64,000 nucleotides of DNA from the NCBI RefSeq assembly GCF_006345805.1, contig NC_043017.1, positions 21,018,001 to 21,082,000 on the forward strand. Reading direction: 5' to 3'. The notes under the pieces were generated by a model that had not been told where the DNA came from, did not search any database, and saw only the letters and a program-made list of their open reading frames with translations. This DNA is from Octopus sinensis (taxonomy: Eukaryota). A program made the position numbers and the translations under genes. This document shows positions 49,721 to 62,237 of this stretch, in pieces; position 1 is the stretch's first letter, and each line of letters opens with the position of its first letter.

Positions 49721-50104
49721 AAAGACCTAGGAAGGAGATAAAAGACAAGTCCCTCCCCCACGTTCTATTGCCAGTTCCATGATAAAACCATTTTGAAGTT
49801 TGGTCATGGTAAAGAGTTTCAAGCCACAAAAGGAAGTTGCTGTATTTTCTGGCATACAAGATGACTCTGGGTGCAATAAACTGTGGCAGGGGTATTGGTG
49901 GCATTTTCTAAGGGCAGTGGTCAGAAATGGTCTTCCTTGGTTGAGAGGGGACTGTCATGATACTCACACACATATGCATCCTCACTCTACTGGTCACAGC
50001 TATTTCAGGGGACAGAATCATTTCCTCACAATTCAAAGTAGATTTGAAACTTGACAATTGAAATTAAGGAATTATAAAGAAAAAAATATACTAACACAGA
50101 ATTC

Positions 50105-50415
50105 GTGTGCCTGTGTGGTAAGAAGCTTGCTTTCCAACCATATGTTTCCAGGTCCAGTCCTACTGCATGACACCTTGGGCAAGTGTCTTCTTCTACAGCC
50201 ACAGGCCAACCAAAGCCTTGTGAGTGTATTTGATAGATGGAAGGTGAAAGAAGCCTGTCGTGTATATATATATATATTTATGTATGTATGTATGTATGTA
50301 TCTATGTGTGTCTGTGATTGTCCCCCTTGCACTGCTTGATAACCTGTGTTGGTGTGTTTGTGTCCCATAACTTGGCAGTTCAGCACAAATGATTGATTGA
50401 ATAAGTACCAAGTTA
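50105..50415 (+). mobile_element. SINE family A, lacking tail
   Basis: Head, CORE-like segment and internal microsatellite. Confidence 0.85.
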
Positions 50416-50870
50416 CAAAACTTCCATTTATTTATTTAGGCAGCTGAAGATAGCACTGCATTTAAATGGATGTAATTATTGCATTGTTCAATGAAATGGA
50501 GCTGCTTGAAACAGTTGTAGTGTATCACTACTTGATATCCTGTTGCTTATTTCGATTTTATTCACCTCACTTTGGGCTATGCGGATAATACTGGACTGAC
50601 TTGGTGGTTCAACTTAAGTAACTACCTAAACAGAATATCAATTATTTATATATATGATGATACATACATGAACACCTTAAATGATGATGATGACACTTAT
50701 GTATATATACACACCAATATATATACATATACACACACATACACACACACACAAACATATATATACGTACACACACACACACATATATATATATATACAT
50801 TATATATGTATATACACGCAAACATATGAATGTATATATGTGTTTGCATATATATATATATATATAATAT

Positions 50871-50906
<36 letters not shown>

Positions 50907-51754
50907 CATAGTACGTACATACATACATACATACATACATACACAAACAGACAGACTACACAAAACAAAATTCAATATGTTTACCAAGTGATATTTCACT
51001 TTTGTCTTTGGAATGAACGCAATCCTATATTTTATAAAGAGATTATACTTTAGAAATGAAATTATTTTATCAAACTGAGAAAGCGTCAGACAACTTCACC
51101 AAGAGAAGAAAGACCATTTATTTGATCAACCTTACCATTTCCATACGACAGCTTCCATAATTTACGGGACACAAGAGTATGTAATTTCAGACTTGTAGCT
51201 GAAATTGTAAATGCGGATTTGATACAGCTTGTAAATCATGGAAGGAATTAAATGCGACTGTCGCTGTCGATTGTTGTTCCAATGTTAGGCTGTAAATTCC
51301 AATGATCGTGTTTTGCAAAACAGTAGAAGTATATATATATATTATATATATATTATATATATATAATATATATCGATATATATTATATATATATAGATAT
51401 ATATAACAGATACATACATACATATATATACATATACATGTATAAGCACACATATATTACACCTATAGGTATATAAAATACATATACTACATATATATAC
51501 ATATAAATATATATATACATATATATAAACATATATACACACATATATATACATATATACACATATATACGTATATTATATATATATACATACATAATAT
51601 ATAATATATATATACATATATATATATATATACATAAGATATAAAATAAATATATATATAATATTACATATATATACATATATATATATACATACTTACA
51701 TTTATGTACATATATATATATATGTATACATATGTGTCTGTATGTATCTCTCTC

Positions 51755-51817
<63 letters not shown>

Positions 51818-51832
51818 TAAATATATATATAT

Positions 51833-51866
<34 letters not shown>

Positions 51867-52124
51867 CATAGTGGTGTGTTGGTTGGTGGGTCGGTAGGCA
51901 GATAGATAGGTGTGTATCATTGATCTGGTCATAGATGTATGATGATATATACTTTGGTATTATATTCCAGTGTAAAAGACAAAAAAGAGAGTGTGATAAG
52001 GATATAATAAAGTTAACATCATCATCATCATCAACAACAACACCAGCAAAAACAACAATGTTTTCAAATAAATTTAGCGCTGGGCCAGAGGCTATGGAAA
52101 TTGCGGGTAAAATGTAGAAACCCT

Positions 52125-53075
52125 GTAAGATGTACCTGACGTAAGCTATGGACAAATAAGAGGTGCAGCAATGTCAGAGGAAGGTTAACTGGGAAGATTG
52201 TTTTTGAGTGTGGAAGATGCTTAAATATAATAAACACTGAAAATGTACAGAAAATAGACTCCATTAAATGCCAGGGGCCAAAGCTAGAAGTAGTTGATAG
52301 CTTCTGTTACTTAGGTGAGAAAGTCATTAGCAGGGATGGATGCTGTGAGAGCATAGCTGCTAGAATAAGAAAAGGCTGGGCAAAATTCAGACAGATGCTT
52401 CTTCTGTTGGTAACAAAAGGGCTTCTCCCTCAGAGTGAAAGGCAGATTGTATGACATCAATGTGTGAACAGCCATGCTTCATGACAATGAAACATGGGCT
52501 GTGACTTCTGACGACATGAATAGGCTTGCAAGAAATGAATCCAGTATGCTTCGCTGGATGTGCAATGCCAATGTGCATGTACAACAGAATGTAAGCATCT
52601 TGAGAGAAAAGTTGGGCGTAAGAGGCATCAGATGTGGTGTGCAAGAGAGATGACTGCATTGATATGGTCATGTCATGTGTATGGATGAGGACAGCTGTGT
52701 GAAGAAGTGCCAATTTCTAACAGTAGAGAGAAGTTGTGGAAGAAAAGAAACCCAGGAAGACATGGGCCAAAGTGGTGAAGCATGATCTTCAAACACTGGG
52801 CCTCATGGAGGCAATGACAAACGACCGAGCCCTTTGGCGAAATGCTATGCTTCAGAAGAACTGTCAAGCAGAGGGAAATCATAGTTGTGGCCATTGTTGG
52901 TGTCACATAGCTGGCACCTGTGCTGGTGGAACATAAAAAAACACCTGTCATACTTGAGAAGACCAGGCAAGCCAAGTGAAACCATAGCTGTGGTTGTTAT
53001 CAGTCTCAGGTGCCAGTGGCATGTAAAAAGCACCTTTCAAGTGTTGGGCCTCACAGAGGCTATGACAAATGACCA
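52125..53075 (+). mobile_element. RTE-clade LINE C-terminal fragment (frameshifted)
   Basis: LEVVDSFCYLG..SIAARIRKGWAKFRQ..ETWAVTSDDMNRLARNESSMLRWMC..LREKLG..YGHVMCMDEDSCVKKC..RKTWAKVVKHDLQTLGLMEAMTNDRALWRNAM. Confidence 0.92.
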
Positions 53076-54486
53076 TTGTCAAGATCTAGAGTGAATCATA
53101 GAAGACCCTCGACTTGCTTATGGAAAACGACTTCCAGGACTGAATCCAAAATAGATAGAAAGGCTGGAACCAGTGTATTGCTGTGCAAGGTAACTATTTC
53201 GAAGGAGATGATGTTAAAGCTTAAGGCAAATAAGTTATGTTTTTACGAAACATAGCTAGTCCAGGAACCTTATGATACCACATCATACATATATTTGTGT
53301 GAGTAAGCATGTATATATATAAACATATACATATGTATATACACATGCACATATAATAGATACCTACAGATATATATAAATACATACAAAGGGGCTCCCT
53401 CTGTTATCAATATGAGTGGCTAAAGTTGGGCTTGGAACCGAATGTGTTTCACTGAAGTTTAATACCACACAAAAGAAGAACTCTTTTATTGACAAGGATT
53501 CCTTAACACCCCCATAAACACCCAGTTAAGGAGCATTACCATTAGTTAAATGTTGCATGCAACGTATTCTATGCATGCAACACAAAGTGAAAATGCAAGG
53601 GATGAGCAATTCTCTTCCTCTTCGTTTTCGGAAAGGCATAATTTATAACACATTTACTTTCATTTTATAGAAATCAGTGCTAATTAAAAGTAATCATACT
53701 TGATTAATTAACTTTGAATTTCTAAGCTTGGTGTTGTTGGCCTTTTTTTTTGGTTTATTTTATTTTATTTTTTCCATTGCATATCGGAATATAGATTGTG
53801 TTCGGTTCATGTTTGCGTGCACAGGTAAATACATATGTATTTGTGCAAATTAAATGTGCATGAGCATTTGTATGTGTGTGTGTATGTGTGTGCAATTGTT
53901 TGTACTGCATCATGTTCAGCAGCTGAGTTTATATAACATCAAAATGCCAAGCAATAGTTCTGTTTCTTGTTTTACATTCCCAAAACCTTGCTTCGGTTGG
54001 GTCATCCTAACATTTTCCTTTGTTCTCGCTAGTCATGGAGCAAGAGTGAGAGAGTCAAATTGTAAACTGAGATAAGAAAATGGGTCCTGATGTGGCCATC
54101 ACTGCTGATTGCCAACCCGTTAAGGGAACAGCATTATGGTTGTTATGGTGCAATGGTTTTATGGGTTGATGGTCTTCTGGTTGTGAACCTTTAAGCAGTT
54201 TTTAACAATGCAAAAAGACAAAGCTAGCAGATGACATGGAATGTAAACAATTGTCACCAGTTTTAGCCACAGATTGCATACATTCACACACAAACATGCA
54301 TGCTCCTCACAACATACAAATAATGCTTCTGCGAACACACACATATATATATATAACGGAAGTATACTTATTATATCCATTACAACTGATCTTACCAGTT
54401 GGTTTTACACTAGGGGTTATGTAGCCCTGTGCTCTTTAGAGGGAGCTGTGATGGAATTAAATATGGAATTAGATATTTATAGAATA

Positions 54487-54993
54487 CTAGCAGTATCGCC
54501 CGGCGTTGCTCGGTTTGTTAGTAAGGGAAATACTATATAAGCATTTTTAGAGAGTTACTTCCCTTATAAATTCGGGCTTTCTTAGCCACATTTTTTTTTG
54601 GTGTCTTCAAGCCATGAAGTCGTGTGTTCTAAAAAGAACGTGGTTCCTTCACAACGCATTACGACGTTGATTTCTTTACACTCCTTCCCTACAGCTTCAC
54701 GAGGGAGGGCAAGGGGGAGAAGCAAAACAGGTGCAGCTGTGAGCGTGGACGCCAACTCCGCCGCCATCGACACACGATGCATTTAGCATTAAAATGGAAT
54801 AAAAAATGATGTTAAATTATTTTTAAAATCGTAGACTATCGTTGACGCGCGCTAATAGTCAGACGGGCTCGATATGAATCACGACTATAAGATACCCGAA
54901 TTTGGTTAAACTGCACCGCAAAATGTGGGAGGAGTTAGGAATCTAAATCGAAGGGGACAGACACTCACACAACTACAGTTTTATATATATAGA
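54487..54993 (-). mobile_element. Complete non-autonomous Helitron (507 bp)
   Basis: A|TCTATATATATAAAAC 5' end, 3' hairpin CCGAGCAACGCCGG and CTAG|T; inserted in an AT dinucleotide with no TSD. Confidence 0.85.
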
Positions 54994-55004
54994 TATATAT
55001 GTAG

Positions 55005-55420
55005 TCTTTTATTCTTTTACTTTTTTCAATCATTTGACCGTGGCCATGCTGGACCACCGCCTCTAAGTCAAACAAATCGACCCCCAGGACTTATTCTAGT
55101 ACTATCGATCTATCAGCCCAGTACTATCGGTCTCTTTTGCAAAACTGCTAAGTTACGTGGATGTAAACACTCCAACATTGGTGCCAAGCGATGGTGGGTG
55201 GGTGGTTGGGGGGAAAACACAGACACACAAATACATACATATATATATATATATATATATGGCTTCTTTCAGCTTCCTTTTTTCAGTTTCCATCTACCAA
55301 ACCCACTCACAAGGCTTTGGTTGGTCTGAGGTTATAGCATAAGACATTTGCCCAGGGTGCCATGCAGTGGGACTGAACGCAAAACCATGTGGTTGGAAAG
55401 CAAGCTTCTTACCACACAGC
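55005..55420 (-). mobile_element. SINE family A
   Basis: Tail to head. Confidence 0.85.
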
Positions 55421-56345
55421 CATTATATATTCTGTAAATAATAATAATTATAAGCTTAAAGCTTATAAGTCTAATGTTGGGGCATGCACCTTCACTACAC
55501 CTAAATCTTCATATATATATATATATATATATGTGTGTGTCCCTGTATATAAATATGTATTTAAACACATACTTAATTTATATATATTTATATACATAGA
55601 CACACACATACACACACAGACATATGATAGCAGTCTCTCATTGTCCAAGAAAGACAATTCTACAAATTTTGCTGAACAACCAGTATAGATGATTCATTCA
55701 TAGTGATCAAATGTTTGTACTGAACATTAGCTCACTTCCTCCATCAGACTGACATTGCCTGTCCAGGGGCACAGGTGTCTCGCACTTTAAGCACTGAAAT
55801 GATTGCAGACCAATATGTAATGAAGTGTTTTCTCACGAGCACATTGGACATCCAGGGCCAGGAACTGAACCTACAATCATGTATACAACTCCCTAACTAT
55901 TAGGCCATGCACCCTCACACACACACACACACTCACACATATACATGTCTTCAAGTACCAATGATATTAATTTCACTAAAATAAACGAAATAAAAACATT
56001 TCTCATTTCAATTACAAAATCAAAAGTTTTTAAAAGATTTCGAAATGTAATTTTGGAAGAACGACAATTCCACCACCTCCCACCACAAAACCAGACACTT
56101 TTTATTCAATTATTAAGCACAGACTTGCAGAGATTTTCAGAAATTGGTGCCATTTTAATACAGGAGTGTTTTCTCCACCCAACACACAAACAAATGTATG
56201 CATATACATATATACACATTATACATATATATATATATATATACACACGCATACACACACACATATATAAACGTAGGTTTATATTTTTGTATGTACACAT
56301 ATAAATGCATATGTATGTACATATACATATATACGGGTAGATAGA

Positions 56346-56384
<39 letters not shown>

Positions 56385-56755
56385 TGTATATATTAATATT
56401 ATATATTATATATATAAGAACACATATATATCTACATGTACACACAGATCTGTGCAAATACATATATATACATACATATATCTATCTATCTATCTATCTA
56501 TCTATATATATATATATATATATAGATACACACACACATATATGTATGCGTGCACATACTATATACACTCATATCCACACATACATATACATGCACACAC
56601 ACACACACATACTTACATTATCTATATATGTATATGCATGCATACACATTTTTAAAAAAAATCATTAACTGATTTTAATTGTATTTTACTTAAAGTATAT
56701 TGTTTTCTTTTTATTATTATCATTATTATTATTTTTTTTGCTAACTTGTATTTAT

Positions 56756-56786
<31 letters not shown>

Positions 56787-57199
56787 TATATATATATTAT
56801 ATATTATTTTTTTTTTTTTTGGTTTGCATAAATGAACAGGATAAACTAAGAAATATTTGTCAAAATGGTTCCTACTTAATGGGAAACCATTTTCTAAACA
56901 CAACAAAATAATTTGGGTTTACAACAATATTTTGAAAACATCAATTCTTACACTGTCACTTATTGTTGTTGTTACAGTTGTTGTGGTTGTAATTGATTAG
57001 TCCCTATTCAGCACTGATATGGTAGAGATACAGTCAAAAGATGTTCCATCCTTGACCATCCTGCCCATTCATTGTGGGCATCCTTCCAAAATTACAACCA
57101 AATAGCAAAAATTCTAAAGAAAGCTAATGGTACCACAACAGGTGATAAGCTGATGACACCACCAATGGACTGAAACATATACCTAAAAGATGTAATTAA

Positions 57200-57505
57200 T
57201 AAGCCTTGTGAGCGAATTTGATAGATGGAAACTGAAAGAAGCCCATCATATATATGTGTGTGTGTGTGTGTGTGCATATATATATATTTATGTATGTGTG
57301 TGTGTGTCTTTGTGTGTTTTTGTCTCCCTACCATTGCTTGACAACTGATGTTGATGTATTTATGTCCCCATAACTTAGTAGTTCAGCAAAAGGGACTAAT
57401 ATAATAAGTACCAGTCTTACAAAAGGTAAGCCTTGGATCACTTTGTTCGATTGGAATCCTTTAAGGCAGTGCTCCAGCATGGTCGCAGTCAAATGACTTA
57501 AACAT
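57200..57505 (+). mobile_element. SINE family A, 5'-truncated
   Basis: Body and tail. Confidence 0.8.
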
Positions 57506-57529
57506 GTAATATATGTATATATATTAGAC

Positions 57530-57722
57530 GCCATGATAGATCGTTAGCCACTACACACATTTTTTTCTCTCTTTGTTTCTCTCCTTGTTTTTTCTGTGTC
57601 CCTTTCTGTAGAAGAGCATAGGCTCAAAATGTAAAAGACTTTTTCTATTCCTGAGAGTTATACTAATACATCTCTTTGCTTTGTACACCACCTGTCTTCG
57701 TCTTTTGTTTTTTTCGTAAACT
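57530..57722 (+). mobile_element. Short Penelope-like terminal-repeat element with hammerhead-like motif (57602-57637)
   Basis: CTTT-CTGTAGAA-GAGC-ATAG-GCTC-AAAATGT-A-AAAG; homologous to 3775-3912; ends in (TA)n. Confidence 0.6.
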
Positions 57723-58559
57723 CTCCCTATATATATATATATATATACATATATACACATGTATATTTTATGGTGTTTATAAATCAACTCATTGTATGTT
57801 TGTGTGTGTATGTATATATCATATACAGTTATTTAAACATGTGACATCATTTGATAAATTTTTCACATCCCTCTTAAAAAAAACACCAACTCTATCTTTT
57901 TCATGCTTTGCAACAGCAAATGACATGCACGCACACACACACACACACACACACACAAACCTATGCCAGGAAGCAAACCCATTTTAAAGGAGACGTTTCA
58001 CTATCTCTGGTTGCAACTAAATTAAATTTGAAATCAGAAGCTGAAAATGTGGTAATCAAAGAACCAATTCAATTTTCTGGAATTTCTATCTAAGAACTTC
58101 TTCTTTGTCCAACACTATTATTGTTGTTTTCTCACTTTTCAAGAGAGTGTAAGGAGATATTTTCGAAATATAACACAAACACTTTTTGCATCCAACTTCT
58201 GAATATTATGAACAATTTTCCTATTAAACTATCCCTTATTTTTATTTATTTATTTATTTATTTATTGATTGGTTTATGTATTTATTTATTTCATTTTTAA
58301 CAGGTCACTGTGAACGTATGTACATCGTTTAATTGTAAACTGCTCCTAGTTGAGTAAATCAAATAACATCAACTCGTTGTCATTGTTGTTGTTGTTAGTG
58401 TCGCCATTGGTATCACCACCACCACCACCACCATAATCATCATCCTTATTATCATAATCAACACTGCCGTGATCAGCATCATTGCTGCTGCCACCACCAT
58501 CACCACCACTATCACCACCACCACTGCGAATACCACCATTGTTATAAGCTCCAACCACC

Positions 58560-59500
58560 ACCACCACCATCCTCTTCGCTACCATCACCACCAAAACCTG
58601 CACCACTACCACTGACATCCCCCTAACCACTGCTGCTACCACCATTGTCACTATTGCTACCACTCCCACCAACACCACCACCACCACCACCATCCTCTTC
58701 ACTATCATCACCACCAAAACCTGCACCACTACCACTGACATCACCCTAACCACTGCTGCTACCACCATTGTACATTGCTACCACTCCTCACAACTCCCAC
58801 CAACACACCACCACCAACACCACCACCACCACCATCCTCTCACTCCTCTACTATCATCACCACCAAAACCTGCACCACTACCACTGACATCACCCTAACC
58901 ACTGCTGCTACCACCATTGTCACTATTGCTACCACTCCCACCACACCCACCAACACCACACCACCACCACCACCACCACCACCACCTCCTCTCACTATCA
59001 TCACCGCCAAAGCCTGCACCACTACCACTGTCATCACCCTAACCACTGCTGCTACCACCATTGTCACTATTGCTATACACTCCCACCAACACCACCACCA
59101 CCACCACCACCACCACCACCATCCTCTTCACTATCATCACCACCAAAGCCTGCACCACTACCACTGTCATCACCCTAACCACTGCTGCTACCACCATTGT
59201 CACTATTGCTACCACTCCCACCAACACCACCACCACCACCACCACCACCACCACCATCCTCTTCACTATCATCACCGCCAAAGCCTGCACCACTACCACT
59301 GTCATCACCCTAACCACTGCTGCTACCACCATTGTCACTATTACTACCACTCCCACCACCACCACCACCACCACCACCATCCTCTTCACTGCCATCACTG
59401 CCAAAGCCTGCACTACCACTGACATCACCCTAACCACTGCTGCTACCACCATTGTCACTACTGCTACCACTGCCACCACTACCGTTATCTCCCCACCACT
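58560..59500. repeat. Minisatellite of seven 120-150 bp units with variable (ACC)n cores
   Basis: CCTAACCACTGCTGCTACCACCATTGT near 58622, 58745, 58894, 59038, 59174, 59308 and 59428. Confidence 0.95.
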
Positions 59501-59860
59501 ACCACCACCACCATCAATATTGCAATATCTCCAACTTGTTACAAACACAAATCTGACACAAACAAAAGCAGAAAGAAAATCGTAAATTTATTACATTTGA
59601 ATCCACAAAGAAATTAATTAAATCCTTCTCAGATATCTAATGTTGTAAATTCTCACCTATTTGGAATATTTTTCCCAAAATCTGTTTTCAGAAACCATTC
59701 TATTTTTTTGGTATTTTGTTTACAAAATTAAAAGGAAGACCACCTCCTCCCTTTATTTAACTTTATTTCCGTGTATTCTATCGCCCATGTGTACCGTATT
59801 ACTTCGACATTTTAATAAACATGAGAAGATTTAACCCTTTAGAATTCAGATTATCTTAAT

Positions 59861-60128
59861 ACAGTTCTATATTTAAGAGATGAGGAATTATGTACATTAT
59901 TTACATTTGATGGATATTTGTCCTCATCTTGTTTGTTAACACGTTTCAGCTGATATACTCTCCAGCCTTCTTCAAGTGTCTTGGGGAAATTTCAAACCTG
60001 GGTTCTCATTCCCAAGATATTTTTCGATATTATTATTATTATTATTATTATTGTTCAGGTCACTGCTTAGAATCGAACTTGGAATCTTGGGGTTAGCAGC
60101 CCATGCTCTTAACCACTACGCCATATGC
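59861..60128 (-). mobile_element. tRNA-headed SINE-like element with hammerhead ribozyme motif (59938-59980)
   Basis: Head GGCGTAGTGGTTAAGAGCATGGGCTGCTAACCCCAAGATTCCAAGTTCGATTC (A and B boxes), (AAT)n linker, then GACAC-TTGAAGAA-GGCTG-n10-CAGCT-GAAAC-GTGTT. Confidence 0.7.
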
Positions 60129-60714
60129 TCCTGTCTACCAAATACCACTCACAAGCTATGTAGCTATTCCTCAAAGACGCTTACCCAAGATAGAGCAAGA
60201 GGAACAAATATGGTACCACATGATTTTGAAAACAAATTTCAAATTTCCTGAATTCTCCAGCACTGTCTGCACTCATTATAGAATTATATAATTATATTTT
60301 TTGCAATTTTTTTGCATTTCATATTGTTTATTGAGGATATTATTCATAAACATGGTGACACAAAAAAAAAATGACAAATGAAATAAAATGAAATTCTTTG
60401 ATAATAAACAATAAATATTCACCTCTCAGATCAAAAAGATTAGATCAAAATTTTTAGCTCTGGCGCCTAACTTCCAAAAATTTAATTTTTCCTTGACACC
60501 TTAATTGGTTTTTGTTAGTGACATGAAGCACAAAATTAATGACATTAATAAAAATGCAATTATATATGATATCACATGACACACCAGAAGTCTAATTGTA
60601 ACACAGAGCTGTCACAGAAGTGAAATGAACATTGTAGTGGAATATTTGTGAAAAAAAAATGATCAAATTTGAATTTAATTTTACAACACACTTATAAGGC
60701 TAATGATTCTGATA

Positions 60715-60830
60715 GAATCATTGGCACAGTGGGTAAAATGCTTAGTGGCATTTTATCCATCTTTATGTTGCGAGTTCAAATACTGCCAGAGTCAACTTTG
60801 CTCTTTGTCCTTTCAAGGTCAACAAAATAT
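60715..60830 (+). mobile_element. SINE family B, decayed
   Basis: Head and GAGTTCAAAT..GTCAACTTTGC. Confidence 0.7.
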
Positions 60831-60854
60831 ATATTAGCCAAGCAGAGGGATTAA

Positions 60855-61073
60855 CCCTTTTGATACCAGCCCAGCTGAAACCAGCTATGGCTCTGTAGTA
60901 CAAATGTCTTGTTTTCATAAGTTTTGAATTAAAATCTTCCACCAAACAGTCACAATTTATGTTCCTAACACTAGCTGAATGATAACTAAGTTATTTTACT
61001 AAATTCTTTGTTATATTTAGAGTAATTGAGAGAAACACAGAGCATCTCAAAAATAAATATGGTAACAAAAGGG
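60855..61073. mobile_element. piggyBac-type MITE
   Basis: TTAA|CCCTTT...AAAGGG|TTAC; homologous to 27914-28135. Confidence 0.88.
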
Positions 61074-61074
61074 T

Positions 61075-61232
61075 TACTGTGGCTGACTTGCCTTACCCCA
61101 CATGGTTCCGGGTTCAGTCCCACTGCCTGCCACCGTGTGCAAGTGTCTTCTACTATAGCCTTGGGCTGACCAAAGCCTTATGAGTGGATTTGATAGACAG
61201 AAACTGAAAGAAGCCCGTCGTGTATATATGTG

Positions 61233-61263
<31 letters not shown>

Positions 61264-61630
61264 ATGTTTGTGGGTCTGTGTTTGTCTCCCCAACATCACT
61301 TGACAACCGATTCTGGTGTGTTTACGCCCCCATAACGTAGCGGTTCAGCAAAAGAGACCAATAGAATAAGTACTAGGCTTACAAAGAATAAGTACTGGGG
61401 TCGATTTGTTCGACTAAAGGCGGTGCTCCAGCATGGCCACAGTCAAATAACTGAAACAAGTATAAGAATAAAAGAGTAACTATGTGTCTACATATTTCCT
61501 CCTACCAAATCTACTCACAGACTTTGGTTGATTCAGTTGGATATAATAGAAGGCACTTGTATGATGTGTTTCACAGTGGACCTGAACTAGAAACTTTTTA
61601 GTTGGCAAGCAAACTTCTTAACCACACAGC
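61075..61630 (+). mobile_element. SINE family A (61075-61477, +) followed by an inverted decayed head (61490-61630, -)
   Basis: Recognisable body and tail, then a reverse head. Confidence 0.82.
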
Positions 61631-62205
61631 CATTATTAACAGATCAAAATTCAATAAAAACTCAAACAACAAAGAATTTCAACACCGGAAGGAATTGATA
61701 AAAATCTAAAGAATCTCTTTGTAGAAAGAATTCACCGAAAATTGATTCCTCTTCGAATGACAACCTGGAGGAAGTAATTTAAGAACAATTTAAACAAGCC
61801 AGTGTTTCCATGCAAATAATTGCATTTATACCAAATAAAATAAAATAAAATGATCACACATGCAACAAGTGAACGTGTGACTCTGTGTGTATGTGTGTGT
61901 GTATGTATGTGTGTGTATGTGTGTGTGTGTGTGTGTTCTTTCTTTGGTGTTACATGCAAGTAAAGGACAGTTTCCCCTTCTTAGCTTTATTCATTATTGT
62001 CTGGTGATGCTTTCATATTTTTGTGGCTGAACCTTCTGATGTTTGGCACACACACACACACACGCACACACACGCACGCACACATACACATGCATGCACA
62101 CACACACGTATGTTTATATATATATATATATACATATATATAAATGTGTGTATGTGTACTCTTATATGAATGAATGTATGTATATGTATGTGCAGATGTA
62201 TATGC

Positions 62206-62237
<32 letters not shown>

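Noticed and set aside
53098-53154. EDPRLAYGKR, a neuropeptide-like amidation and cleavage motif
   Set aside because: In-frame stops lie immediately upstream and shortly downstream, with no convincing acceptor.
54005-54170. Strong branch point and acceptor (CCTAAC..TTCTCGCTAG) suggesting a coding exon
   Set aside because: All three frames hit stops within about 45 nt and no clear donor follows.
58622-59435. One CCCTAA per minisatellite unit, suggesting interstitial telomeric sequence
   Set aside because: Single hexamers inside a CAC-derived unit, with no tandem TTAGGG array.
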